Positions 13,900 to 26,128 of a DNA stretch of 64,000 bases are shown here, piece by piece. Location of the stretch: NCBI GenBank assembly GCA_977020255.1, contig CDROCS010000851.1:434001-498000 (forward strand). Reading direction: 5' to 3'. The DNA is from Obrimoposthia wandeli (lineage: Eukaryota). The notes under the pieces were generated by a model that saw only the letters and a list, made by a program, of their open reading frames with translations, ran no database searches and was not told where the DNA came from. The stretch's first letter is position 1, and every line of letters begins with the position of its first letter. The position numbers and the translations under genes are program-made.

Positions 13900-14790
13900 A
13901 TTGAATTAGTGCAAAAAAATTAAGTTTTTATCTATTTTGAGTTTTTGTACTAAATAAATAGAGTTGAATATTTTTGAAAATTTTATTATAGTATTTTTTA
14001 GACTAATTTTTTAAACAGTTTTAAAAATAAGTCAAATAAGATGTAGATGTTTCTCGAGATCATCTTCGGTAATTGTATTTACCTCACAAACACTTAGAAA
14101 TTTGTTCAAAAAGTTAAAGATTTGAGCATTGATGACAAACCCCGACTAGGTTGTTCAAGTATTCTGAACAAAAAGGCGCGATGTGAACCAATTCTAGACT
14201 AATAACGTATGGGTTAGTAGAGGTAGGTCAATCAACAGTTCCGTATTCAGCTTTTATATACAACGGGTACCTCATAAACTCAGAATTTGGTAAATTTAGA
14301 CGTTTCGATATTTGTTCATCTTTAATTTTCTATAAGCGTAGAAATGATTGGTTATACAAAATACTCGCTTGAGATGAAGGTAACACCCAACATTAGTTGA
14401 AACTCTCATTGGGTGAACTGTGGACAGTTGAATTCAATTTATGTTTACACCAGATGCAGGTGATGTTCAGTGTGCAGCATTATCTGATGGGAATTGTTTG
14501 AAAACAAAAATAATATTAGTTCATGCTGAGAATTGCTACTGCACCGACCATACCTGCTAGATATTGCACCGTCGGATTACTCTCGTTCTAGTCTTTGTCA
14601 CATTATCTTGATGGTATCGCATTTTATGATAAGAAAGAAATCAGAAAGGAACTTAGCAACTTCTTTGATTCAGAGCCACGACAGTTTTACAGAGAAGGGA
14701 TTAGCTTCCTATGAAATATTTTTGTTATTAAATAAATTAATTTTGTTAAAATTATTTATAAATCACAAAAATTTTTGCACCCTCGAAATT
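13900..14790 (+). mobile_element. mariner-type transposon remnant
   Basis: DDKPRLG (cf. DEPRSGRP) and HRPYLLDIAPSDY (cf. HPPYSPDLAPSDY); many stops. Confidence 0.65.
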
Positions 14791-14935
14791 TACGCAAAAT
14801 TAAGATTCCAATTTTGCCAATGCTCATGTAATTTGTATGAAGAAATTTAGAAAAAAGCTTTTTATTTATTTAATACATTTTGCGGCTGTAATACTCTGCT
14901 GTGTATCTACTTGATGTGTGATCTCCATCCGCCAG

Positions 14936-15029
14936 GTACACTAACTCCATCCTGGTTGAAAGCAAGCCCTCAGACAACCCTATGGACAACGGCAACATAT
15001 ACATGTTGATTGGTCACCAAGATCCCTAG
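14936..15029 (+). CDS. MAP4K3: MAP4K3/5-like terminal exon (SILVESKPSDNP...IYMLIGHQDP*)
   Basis: Matches VVLESRPTENP...LYILAGHENSY*; phase consistent; TAG at 15027-15029. Confidence 0.9.
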
Positions 15030-16497
15030 ACATGCTCTCTACCGGTCCAGCCACTCTATAAACTAAGTCTTTCGGTCGTCAGCGACAACCACAATTCAAA
15101 ACACATCTCTCTATTCCATTGCTCTCGACTGTTAGCTTAGCCTTTGCTCTTCAATGCCCCCCCCCTCTGACTCAAGCAGACAACCTGCTATTCGGATTAG
15201 TTTATGTCGAGGAGAATCACTGTTAAACCAAAAAACATTTCCAGATTCGTTAAATTTTGCATCTCTTTTGGTTTGTTTACTTCCAATTAGAATTTGTGAG
15301 ATATAGAAAGTTTAAATTTTTTTACTAATATTAATCTTTCAAATAATTGACAATATCTGAAACTTCTTTTTCCTAATTTAAATTAGCGATTTTTTTCAAT
15401 TTTGAAATGTTTTAATTGTTTTCTGATAATTTTGAATTGCATTCTACATAAATACAAGCACCTCTACTTTAAAACTTGTCTGACTTTGTTGTGATTCTTG
15501 TCGAAAGAAGCCAATGTGTACTGCTGCCTCTTCCCCACTATCTGTTTACTACTGACTATTGTAAATAAAAAACTCAGCCTGTGTGGCGTATTGTGATACA
15601 GATTAACGAAATGCCAACCAGATTCGAAATGAAATTATTTCTTTTTCAAATCACTACTTTTGTTGCTTTTATGAGCTGCACTAATTTCTGCTAATTTATT
15701 TTGTCGTATGATCAACAATATTGATTATATTTATACATATACACTTGAACTGGGATTTGGAATATAGTTCTCTAACTTTTGGTGTGTAGTGAATAGAATT
15801 ATTTATGGGAACTTGTGAGTATTTCCTTTTACATGGTCATTTCTGTGAGACTGAATTTGAAATATTTTGGTAAATAAATGATGATGGGATTTTATGAGTT
15901 TCATTTTAATTTTCTTTCAAAAACAAAATTCCAGTAGAGTTAGTTTTTAAGTGTTTTACATATCCATTGTGATTTGATCTTTTATAACAGTATAATTTCG
16001 TTAATAATTTGGGGGTTTTTCTATTTTTATTTTCTTTAATGGACAAATCATAATATCAAATTATAAAATTTCCCAACATTTCAGTATTTAAGATTGCTTT
16101 GAAGATAGGTTCAAACGGGTTTAAAAATTAAAGTTGTTAACATGCCTTAATTATTAAGAGAGTATGTGTGGCTTCTAAGTAGGTTGTGGTTATAAAGATC
16201 AAAAGCAGATTGGTAACTAATAACTTCAAACATTGAACTATTTAACATAAGTTGAGTTCAAACATACACCTATGATGCATAACACAGTAGAACCTCGCAT
16301 ATTTCAGCTACAGCATTCTCATTTATATTATATTTACAATAAAAATGTATTGTATAAAAATCTTTTTAAAATCCTTCAGTTAAAGCATATTTCTTTGATT
16401 ATGGCATAATTTTAGTTGTAGCATGCTTTTTCTTAATCATTGTGTATCGGAAATATTTAATTGGTAAAAATTATTTAAATTTTTTGAAATTGGAAAA

Positions 16498-16751
16498 TAC
16501 TTAAAAATAAGTATTTATAATTTGATAAATATGTTTAAACGTTCTTGTATCTATCTATCTAACAAAGACAGTCACGTACTGCATCTATATAGCAAATACT
16601 TGCAACTTTATGTAATCAATAGTAACAAGTCATGTACTACATTTATTCTTTTACATGTATGTATGTGTGTGAGTGTCTAACAAAGATAGTCATCAATACC
16701 TACAAAGATAGTCACGTACTGCATCTATATTGCAAACTATCTGCAACTTTA
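16498..16751 (+). repeat. Element A left inverted repeat (with internal direct repeats)
   Basis: Reverse complement of 28280-28521; aacaaagacagtcacgtactgcatctatat occurs twice. Confidence 0.9.
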
Positions 16752-16833
16752 AATAAAGACAAGTATTTTTGTAACATATATTCCTTAAAATCACAAAGGA
16801 GAGTAAAAATATATACATAAACATATAAAAAGA

Positions 16834-19800
16834 TTATACAATATCGTCCGGGTATAAAAAGTGACCATAGGCAACTGATTGGTTTTTCTCCACCCATTTG
16901 CGTTTATCATCGTTACTACTTAAGGCAATTTTACTTAACCTTACAGTAAAAAGTTGATGATTTAGCGAGCTTATACGTTGTTGTACACACTCGCTAACGT
17001 CACTCTCATAGACGGCTAAGTAATTAGAGTGTCTAATACTTGTCTGTCGGAGACTAATACCTTTAGCTCTCATTTGAGTTTTACCTTCTGTAGTCTGTAA
17101 GCTATATGATTTTGGACGAAGAAAAATCCCTTGCCTATAGCTAAATAATCCCATGCTCTCATCATTAAATTTGCCTATCGCTTTATTAAGCGTCGTATAA
17201 AGCGGCTGGGTTTTTGGAAATTTTGAGTTATCCAACAGTCCATCAGCAATCATAGCAGGTAACAGTGATTCTTGAACATTTACATTATTGCACTTCAAGA
17301 AAAAACTACCAGTGTCACCCGCTATAATTCTAATGTCACAGTTAAATTGAGCTCGATATTTCTCCAACTGCTCATATTGTAGCTCATACATACGAATTTT
17401 GCTTAAATCTAATTCTGCCTGGCCCATATAACTAGTAGAACTGCAATAAGGTCCGTATCGATTTCGATTGTCCTACGAAAGTGGGCTTTACTGCAATAGG
17501 TAACCAGCTTCTGTGGAGTATTACAAATCCGGAGGTTAATTCTTTTCATCAGATTCTCAATGAGTTTTCCAAATAAAGAATTCACCTTCAGTTTGTAATA
17601 ATCATGCTCGAAATCTGTTGTAGCTGCAGCTCTTTTAAGAGAATTATCCTCAATATATTTTGAAAAAACAATAGTTTGTTCAAACTGTATTGCTCTATAT
17701 ACAAAATCTACCTTAGCACCAAGTCTAACGTACATTTGTAGCAATCTAGAATTCACAACATAATGTTTCTTAGGGTAATGCGTTAATAATAATTTTTCAG
17801 TCTTATACCCTGGTGGACGCTGTTTAATTGGAGCAAGGAGAAGATCGTCGAATTTATTATGTAGCTCATTGAGAATGGATAAATCTATTTCCAATAAGTG
17901 AGCGAAGCGACTACAGGATAAATCTGCTGATTTTAACCTGGAAATAATATTCCCAACTCTAACCGATCAGTCACCCAGGAAAAGTTACCACAAGGTAAAA
18001 ACTGGGACATGGCCCACCCGTACAAGTTATTTACATCAATGTACAAAAGTTCAGTATCATTGATGGCGTCCACTTTGTGTTCATTCACGAAGGTCATGCC
18101 CCCACGAATCCCGGAGCGGAAGAGACGGACATCTCCGGATCCTGGATTAGCTCGACTTGTACAGGAGGAACAGAAGAATCCAGGCAAAGCAGGGAATTGA
18201 AAGCACTCGCGAAAGTCAGTCCTGGAAATAAAACATTTATTAAAATCATTACTTTGTGAAAATTATTACTTTGTGAAAATCATTACTTAGTGAAAAGTTA
18301 CTTAATAAAAATTTACTTAGAAAAAATTAGTAAAATACAAACCAGGGATGGAGAAGAAATTGAGCGGCTACAATCCATCGTCAGCAATGGCCTTGATCCG
18401 GAATGCTGTAAACACATCTGCTAGAAGGTAGACGTCCATCTTCATATAGACCAGCATATAGTCCCAGAGCGATGAGCAGCCGCTCTGAGTCCAGACCATC
18501 TTCGCCATCTCATATTGTGCTGGCTTGATCTTTTCATCCCACTTTGGCGGTAAGCTGGTGATTACACGAAAAGCAGTCTCGATACTGCCATATCGTATGG
18601 GAAGATTCCCTTGGCGCTCACTAGATGTTGCGGGAAGACCGAATGTGTAAGAGGAGTCACACCCAGGTTTTCCACAAGTTTTTCAAGCCCGCTGTTCAAA
18701 AATTGCTAGGAATCTATAAAGTGAATATGGACTCCTCCAATATACACCATCATAGCCCGAAATTTATATGTTGATTAAGGTATAACAGATACATTCCAGT
18801 CAGGCAACTTGCACAGTGCGTGTTTCAATATGTGGTGCATATCATAACCCATCAGATTATGAAAAATGACGGGAAAAGATCGATTGAGTCTCCTTGATAA
18901 GTTACATTTCGTATGCGATGCTCCAAGGTACTCGCCCGTCATGTGATCGTGATCTCGAACTTTGTTTGTTAGTTTCTTCTTACACAGGTAACAGATTCTT
19001 GCGGCATTGAAACTCGATACTTGTTCCTGTGTAAGTTATCGCATCATCTCGATCGCATGATTTTTGTACCACGGGAGAACAACCTCTTTCGCCAAGTCCT
19101 CTAATTTCTGCAAAAAGGATACCAGACAAAATTCTTCGGTAAAGACCGAGTAATTATGTGTGTACCCTGACGTGGCTGTAACGGGAGACATGAGCATGCG
19201 GCCGAGATTGAAAGCTGAATCTGATGATGTATTCCATGCGGCGGCAGCACAGCCTCAAAGTCCACGTAAACAGCAAAAGACGGAGAAATCATTTTTGAAA
19301 AGTCCTTAAACTCAATATGCTTCTCTGTAGGCAGTGAATAAAGTGCGTATGATCTAAATTCATCCTGCAGAGCGGAACGTGTTTGGCGTAATTGATTGCT
19401 TTCTGGAACCCATAGAGACACTTATGGCACCAAGTACACCGAATGCAATTAGATACACCTTTGTTCCTATAATTAAGCAGCCTATTGAGTTTAGGAATAC
19501 CAAGATAATGAAAATTATCATTATTTTCTAAAAGGAGAAGATTGATTGGCTTAGCGTCCGGGTTTGTGGTTCTGTACATGACATCAACATAGGGATTTTT
19601 GAAGATATCCCTATCCGTTTGCACATTTGAAAACCTATTGAATGTAAATACTTTGATTGGGAGAGATGGATTTTTTTTCTCAAATCCCGGTATATTACAT
19701 AAACGCATCGGCATCTCATTCTCATCAAAAACTAATTGACTCAAAAGGGCATCATATTGATTAACCCTATGAGGATTAGAGCGAAATACTTCACGGTAAA

Positions 19801-20839
19801 GTACAGCTAAGATGCTGTAAAGGAAACAAAAGGTGTTAGAGTTCTGCACATTGATAACGCAATGTGAGAGTGCTAACTCAGATGGAGTAGGTATATAACT
19901 ATTCCCCTGGAGATAGTTCATTGTTGTTGTTTTAGTCACAACAAACGAAATCTCCAGGAAGCGGTTCACTATCCAAGTACTACTACTCTGGGAATAATTC
20001 TCAATCTTCTTTTTGATCCCATCTACTCCATCATCTATGGGGAGCCCTCTATTGGAAAAATTCCAAGCGCGTGTTTCTCCAATATTGGAAAATTCAACAC
20101 GCACCCCGAATTGTACCTTACAAGTCGCAAACTTGCTGACTGTATCCCTTAAGCTAGTCAAAAGTGATTCGGTAACTTGTAAATCAATGACATTGTCATT
20201 AGAAACATCTAATGAAAATGTCTCAATCGTGCCCCGAAGACTAGTTTTTCGCTTAACAGCATCAACCCTGGGCAACTTCGCAACAGAGCTACCTGAAGTG
20301 GGCATAACATTTCTCTTGCGGGTAGATGCTGGTAACGGCGCGGGATCATACCAACTGTTGATGGAGGAGGCACAACTTGAAGCATAGTAAAATGTACAGC
20401 AAATGGTGGAGCAGCAATTGGCGCAGCAATTGGAGAAGTAATTGGTGCAGCAACTGGGGCAGCAGCAAATGGAGTAGATAGTGGAGCAGCAATTGGGGCA
20501 GTAACTGGCGAAGAAGCAGCAACCCGATCTTGAGAAATGGAAGCAGTAGAAGCAGTCATATTACTGTGAGCTCTATCCTGGAAGATGGCCTTCTTGCCAC
20601 GTTGCTGGAAATATCGTAGATGGGTGCGATGACGCGCTACAAACTCCAACCAATCAATCTCCTCCGCGGATAGATATACTGGACAGTCGTAGAAGAGTTG
20701 TCCATTGAACTTTGGCTCAAAGTAGCTCTTCATTTTCAAATCACATTCCTTGTGACTCTCCTCTAAGCATAATCGTTTATTCATGTTGCAATTCTAGAAA
20801 TATATTAAAATATCAGAAAAATAACAAGAAACTTACCAT
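16834..20839 (-). pseudogene. pPolB: Protein-primed family B DNA polymerase with N-terminal Cys/His domain and EndoVII/HNH insert; two predicted introns; frameshifts and stops
   Basis: VYVDFE (ExoI), CYLC..VRDHDHMTG..GASHTKCNL, FHNLMGYD (ExoII), IRGG, YIDVNNLY, KLKVNSLFGK, AGDTGS (mutated YxDTDS), RAKG. Confidence 0.93.
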
Positions 20840-20884
20840 TTTCAATTTTGTTTATAATAGAGAGTTAATTGTTGATTGATGCTT

Positions 20885-20976
20885 GCTTTTATACTATTTT
20901 CGAGCTAGTATTCAGCCAATCAGATTCATTAATTATTTAAACCAATCAGATTAATTTATTATTTAAACAAATCAGA
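20885..20976 (-). promoter_or_regulatory. Candidate pPolB promoter: TATAAAA plus three tandem CCAAT-like boxes
   Basis: ccaatcaga at 20916 and 20942, caaatcaga at ~20968; TATAAAA ~50 nt upstream of ATG 20839. Confidence 0.45.
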
Positions 20977-20988
20977 ATTGAAAATAGT

Positions 20989-21501
20989 TTACTGATTAAT
21001 GTAAGTAGTTGATTTTTCATTAATATTTAAATAATCCAAAGTAGCTGCAAAGCATTTCTTGTATGCACAATGCTCCCCATGTTTAATATATGGACAATTG
21101 ATATTTGATGGATTTAATTGTTTTAATGTTTTCGAGTAATTTATCACTCTAAATTCAGGAAAATATTTATTGATTGTCTTTATTTTAGCTCCCTTATATT
21201 CATCCAAAACAAAGAAAATTGATTTGGATACATCACAACAATGTTTTATTTCCTCAGTTATTTATTTTATCTTGAAATAACTATTACCATCAACTAGTTT
21301 TAGTCGATGGTAATGCTTAATGAGATATCTATTTATTTTTCTTGATTTTCTATTCATCATGTCCCATATGGGTTGCATTTTAGAAACATAATGTTAAGGA
21401 TAGAAGATTGCATCCACATCCATTTTACATAGTTACTTTATTACAAATTCAGTATTATTATTATCAATAAAAGCTTCAAAATCAATAAAATAAACAGACA
21501 T
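20989..21501 (-). pseudogene. DEDD-exonuclease-like Polinton accessory protein (homologue of 39955-40407)
   Basis: IDFEAF..K*LC and CPYIKHGEHCAYKKCF; in-frame stops. Confidence 0.7.
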
Positions 21502-21532
21502 TTTTTATAGCAGTAATTTTATTTGATATTGT

Positions 21533-21916
21533 TTATATCTTTTGTTTATGCTTTAACCAAAGAAAACAGAGTTGTCCACATGACTGTGTTAAAACATTTT
21601 GATAACGTTTCTTACTAAAATGTACTTTCTTTCTAGAGTCAAGTACTGTAGCTACTAATTTAAAAGGGTAATATATCCCAAAGGGGACAAAAATAAAGTT
21701 TTCATTTTCTTTAACATGTATTGCAATCCAATGTTCATCACGCAAATTAGACGAATGTATATTGATTACATATCCACTTAAACGAGTCAAAGAGGGGATA
21801 TGATCAAGACTGTAGACTCCATTGAAACGCGAACCGAGTAGTTTTTTTCCGCTTTTTGTTATCTCGTCCGAACTAGATTATATATTAATTAATTAATTCA
21901 AACTGACTCACTTCAT
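21533..21916 (-). CDS. PRO: Adenain-like cysteine protease, spliced (exon1 21912-21916, intron 21873-21911, exon2 21533-21872)
   Basis: MNSDEITKSGKKLLGSRFNGVYSLD...EHWIAI...FVPFG...QSCGQLC; catalytic H and C present, D position reads V. Confidence 0.85.
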
Positions 21917-23111
21917 TTATATCTTCTTGTTTTTTATTGTTTTCATTCTGTTTATACTAGTACTGTTCATTGAAGTAATTTTGGTAATTTGAACCTCAGA
22001 ATCGAATACTCCATAGATTATAATATTAGTAGGATGTTCAAGTGCTTTTGTAAACTTGATTTCTACTTTAAAATTTCCCTGTTTAGGGATTTGAGCTCGA
22101 TTAATATCGAAATCAGGAGAGAGAACAAATGTGAACAGTGTATCTTTAAAATCAGTCATTGAAATTCCAACATTAGCATCCTTATCCAAATTAAAGATTG
22201 CACATAAGAAAACACATAATCATTATTTTCAAAGTCATTCGTATACGTTTCTTGATAATCAATATTTCGTGCAAGTTTAATTGAACTCCCATATGTCCCA
22301 ATTGAGAAACCTCATTTTTAGACTCACCTCCATAGGTAGAAGTATTTTGGAAAGCAATTAAAACAAAGTTTGGAAGTTGCATATCACCAAAATTCTGATT
22401 CTTGTAATAAGATAGTGCTCCTGTAGGGATAGCATGAGAAACAAGATTAGTTTTTCTGATAGGATAACATGCATTTTGCTTCTCCAACCATATTTGATGT
22501 GCAACGAGTACAGATGGTTCCACCTTTACTCTACGAACCAGCAGTTTTGCTTCCGTAATCTCAATTGCTGCTTTAATAGTATCATCGCAAACAACACTAA
22601 AACCTACTGGATTTCTCTTCATTCGAATATGTGCACTTACACCGGGTAAAAGATACTTTGGTTGATTAAAGAAATCCAAATGAAGACTCCCACAAAGTGA
22701 CAATACTTTAGATTTCGCAATCGAAGCTGTTCTTCTTTTTTCATCATCATCAAACCCAATTGCATCAATATTAATCAATTTCGTATCATTACCCTAATTC
22801 AGTAATGTTTCAATCATTGCTTTATGGGTGTAACTAGTATTATTTCCCTCAACTTTCACATTATTGAGACTGAGAATCACATGCTTGAAAAGAGTATGAA
22901 ACATGAAATTAGATGATTTGATAACCAAATCATCATCCAAATCACCTCCTCCTTTCTTTGTAACTTTCAATTGAACGAGAAATAAACTATCCGGAGAAGA
23001 TGTCATGTTAACCGTATTTGTTGGATTATTTTCTTCAAAACTAGCACTATCAATCACAACCCGAGGTATAGGTTTATCGAATATACACAATTCAGTTTTA
23101 GCACAACTCAT
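21917..23111 (-). pseudogene. MCP: Major capsid protein (double jelly roll), frameshifted
   Basis: Collinear with intact MCP at 38310 (ELCIFD, LDFFNQPKYL, LSPDFDI..GNFKVEIKF). Confidence 0.9.
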
Positions 23112-23422
23112 TTCTTAAAAATTGTTCCACCTAGTTTGTTTATACCAGATGCTTTAGATGTTTTCTTACGTTTAGAACCACTTCCATTTTGAGTTTTTTT
23201 CTAATATTCAGCTAGACTTGGAGTGGGAAGAAATTTCTCATCACCAGACAAGTATGTTGATCCAACATTAGCAATAAATTTCCCGAGTCGCTTGAGTAGT
23301 GAGAATGCAAAACAACCAAAAACTTTCATCCATCCTGATCCATACTGTTTTCCCACAAAATAAGGCAAATCACCTCCTTGCATGGGTTTACTATACGCAT
23401 CGATTATACTTGAATCAATCAT
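23108..23422 (-). pseudogene. Small Polinton core-like protein (GGDLPYFVGKQYGSGW), frameshifted
   Basis: Homologous to 37913-38317. Confidence 0.75.
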
Positions 23423-24437
23423 AATTTACGAAAATGAACCGTTAAACTTGTTTTAGCTCCGTAAGCAAATGTAATTAATCTTCTAGAATCATTACGTATA
23501 TTAACTTCAATATAGTTTATATAAGAAGAACTCATTGGAATATAAATTGGATTTTCAATTGGAATATGTATAACATCACCATACTTGTGCTTTTCCTGCT
23601 GAACCCAAATTTCTATTATTTATGGAAGTTTAGTTCCTCCTACGAATATTGGTTCAGTAATACTCGTGTAGATATAAATTTGATTATATGCATTAGTTAT
23701 TTTAGCCCCAACCTTTGCTTTGAAAACCTTATTTTTATTTTCAAATTCATTTTCATCAAAACCGATAATCGTAGCTAATGATTTATCCATAATAACATAA
23801 TATTTGATTTCAATTTGAAATGAATTAACTTATTAACTATTTTAAAGTTTTCAAATACATTCGGGAACACTGTTTTAAAATGTTTACACATGCTTTCACT
23901 ATCTGGAAAATGAAAAGCATTGGGAACTGAATATATTTTCCTCTCGCATTTAGTGAATCTGCTTTTTATCTTGAATGTAATTATCGGATACTTGATGTGT
24001 TTATCCATAATTCTCGAAAACACATGCTTTCCTTTTTCAGGGTTAGTTGGAAATCCATATTGTTCTGCAACAATTTCATAACTAAAAACTATTTCAAAAT
24101 TATCCCCTTGTCTTATAATTTGAATTCGATTCTTTTTATTTAAAAAGATTGTAAAATCATCGCCTGCCTTAATACGAGCCAAATCCATTTGACCCTTATC
24201 AAATAGTAAAGTCACATCAGTTACTTTATCAGCTTCTTGTTGAGTAATATATTCAATCTCAGTTTCACTTTGAATAGATAGAGGAGAGTAATTGAAAGAA
24301 AATTCCGTAAGAGCAGCTTCCCAAGCACCAGGTAAATTATTTGAGCTTTGATAATCAATACTAAAAGTATTAGCAGTATTATTCGGTTGAGTTAATGGCG
24401 AACCATTACTTGGTAATACAACATACATTGAGTTCAT
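23419..24437 (-). pseudogene. mCP: Minor capsid (penton-like) protein, frameshifted
   Basis: YVVLPSN..PNNTANTF..WEAALTEF N-terminus and YNQIYIYTSI..VGG, IEVNIRND C-terminus; homologous to 36858-37871. Confidence 0.85.
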
Positions 24438-25680
24438 TCTATTTGAGAAGTTAATATCCAACTAAGTTCAGTTTATCCATCCCACTTAACTCGATATTGT
24501 TTATGCTTTCTTCTCCCTTTTGTCTCTAAGATTTCTTGAATTCTATATATATTTGGTTTCTCAGGCAAGACTTGTAATTCCTCATGATAAAATTTACTTT
24601 TGATTATATTATTGCTATCATCCTCAATGAAATACATTACATGTTTATTATCAATTTTAGTTATACAAAATACTTCATCGCTCCAATTCTCTTTGAAATT
24701 CTTTATAAAAAGAGTAGTACTAATTTTAGAAATACGTACATAATCACCAACTTTATACTTGGGTTCCTTTACAACTTGACTTTAGTTACGGCGTTGCCAA
24801 ATTTCCATAGCATTTTCATCTGTAACATCAACAGGTCTCTTTCGGTTTAATGATGAGTGTTCACTATGATTGTATGCATGTATTATTTGAGGTAAAACAG
24901 TGACCCAATACTTATTTCCCTGCTTTGTGAAATACTTTTTCAATCGATCTCTCAATGTTCGATTAAAACGTTCAACTAAAGCAGCTTTATATTGGGAAAA
25001 TACTGAGTAATGATTAATATTATGTTTTTTCAATAATGCACTAACATGTTTATTATAAAACTGCTTTCCGTTTGGAAATTTCTTGGTTTTATTTCTTTAA
25101 TCAAAAGCTTCATTGCCTCTAAAATATCGTTACCAGACATAGACTTTAATGGAATAGCTCGTGAGAATCTGCTAAAGACATCAACACAAGTTAAAAGATA
25201 TCGATGACCACCGTTAATACTCGCATACAGAATCATTTCCATCAAATCTGCTTGCCATAAATCATTTGGACCGCTCGTTTTGATGATCTTGTTGGGAACC
25301 GACGTCTCATTGGTTTGTTTAAGCCAGGGTTTCTCAACCTTTTTTCACCACGGCCCCCTTTAGTTTGCAGCAAATTGCTGTGGCCCCCCTCTACTATGGA
25401 CAAAAAGATTACATCGTATACGTATTGTTTTCAATTATACTATTCTGTCATGGAAACATTCAAAAAGATAATCAATGAGAAAACTATATTTAAAAAATGT
25501 TAGTGTGACCCTTGTGCGTGTGCAGTGAAAACAGGGGTGTTAATTTTTTATTTTTGTTTGGCTCGTGTGGCCCCCTGGCAAATTGTGTGGCCCCCCAGGG
25601 GGCCCCAGGGCCCCCGTTGAGAAACCCTGGTTTAAGCTGTAAGCTAATTGATTTCTCAACCACGCCTGAGTTTCCAGAGG
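24434..25680 (-). pseudogene. INT: Retroviral-like DDE integrase with chromodomain, interrupted by a hAT MITE
   Basis: WQADLMEM, CVDVFSRF, FQTE, LVERFNRTL, YRVKWDG*. Confidence 0.9.
25325..25629 (-). mobile_element. Buster-type hAT MITE (305 bp), deletion derivative of the 6972-8111 family
   Basis: Same TIRs; 8-bp TSD GTTTAAGC (25317-25324 / 25630-25637); internal sequence shared with the 6972 copy in reverse orientation. Confidence 0.95.
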
Positions 25681-25899
25681 TTTCTTATGCCGATTCATGT
25701 TAGCCTTGACAGTTATTTTACCAGAAACTATTTTCTGTATCATATTAAGTAAATCATCAATTACAAAAGTAGGGAATGATTTAAGAATAGTTGGGCAGCG
25801 AATAGCAGGTGCACGCACGAGAGAATTGAAATAGGCACTAATCCTAGATTTCTTATTAACAATTATTTTCTTATTTGATTTTTGAGCAACCATTTTCAT
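25680..25899 (-). pseudogene. Small pX-like core protein, C-terminus deleted and fused to integrase N-terminus
   Basis: LKSFPTFVIDDLL homologous to 35358 and 30426 ORFs; GGF tail missing. Confidence 0.65.
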
Positions 25900-25959
25900 T
25901 GTACTTAAAACTGATTTAATCCATTTTTTAACTTCAGGTTTAACAGTTTACTTTTTAAA

Positions 25960-26128
25960 ATTTATCTCCGAGAAACTGGTTTCTTTGTTTGTTTATAGAC
26001 GCTAATTTTTGATGGATTGATTATATCAGTTTTAACTTTAAAGTCATCAGGACAATCTTGAGTAAAATCAATAATAATGTATCCATGAGGAATAGTAGTT
26101 GCATCTTGAAATAAATCAATTAGGAAAC
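25960..26128 (-). pseudogene. Packaging ATPase C-terminal fragment
   Basis: FLIDLFQDATTIPHGYIIIDFTQDCPDD matches the C-terminus of 34626-35255. Confidence 0.8.
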
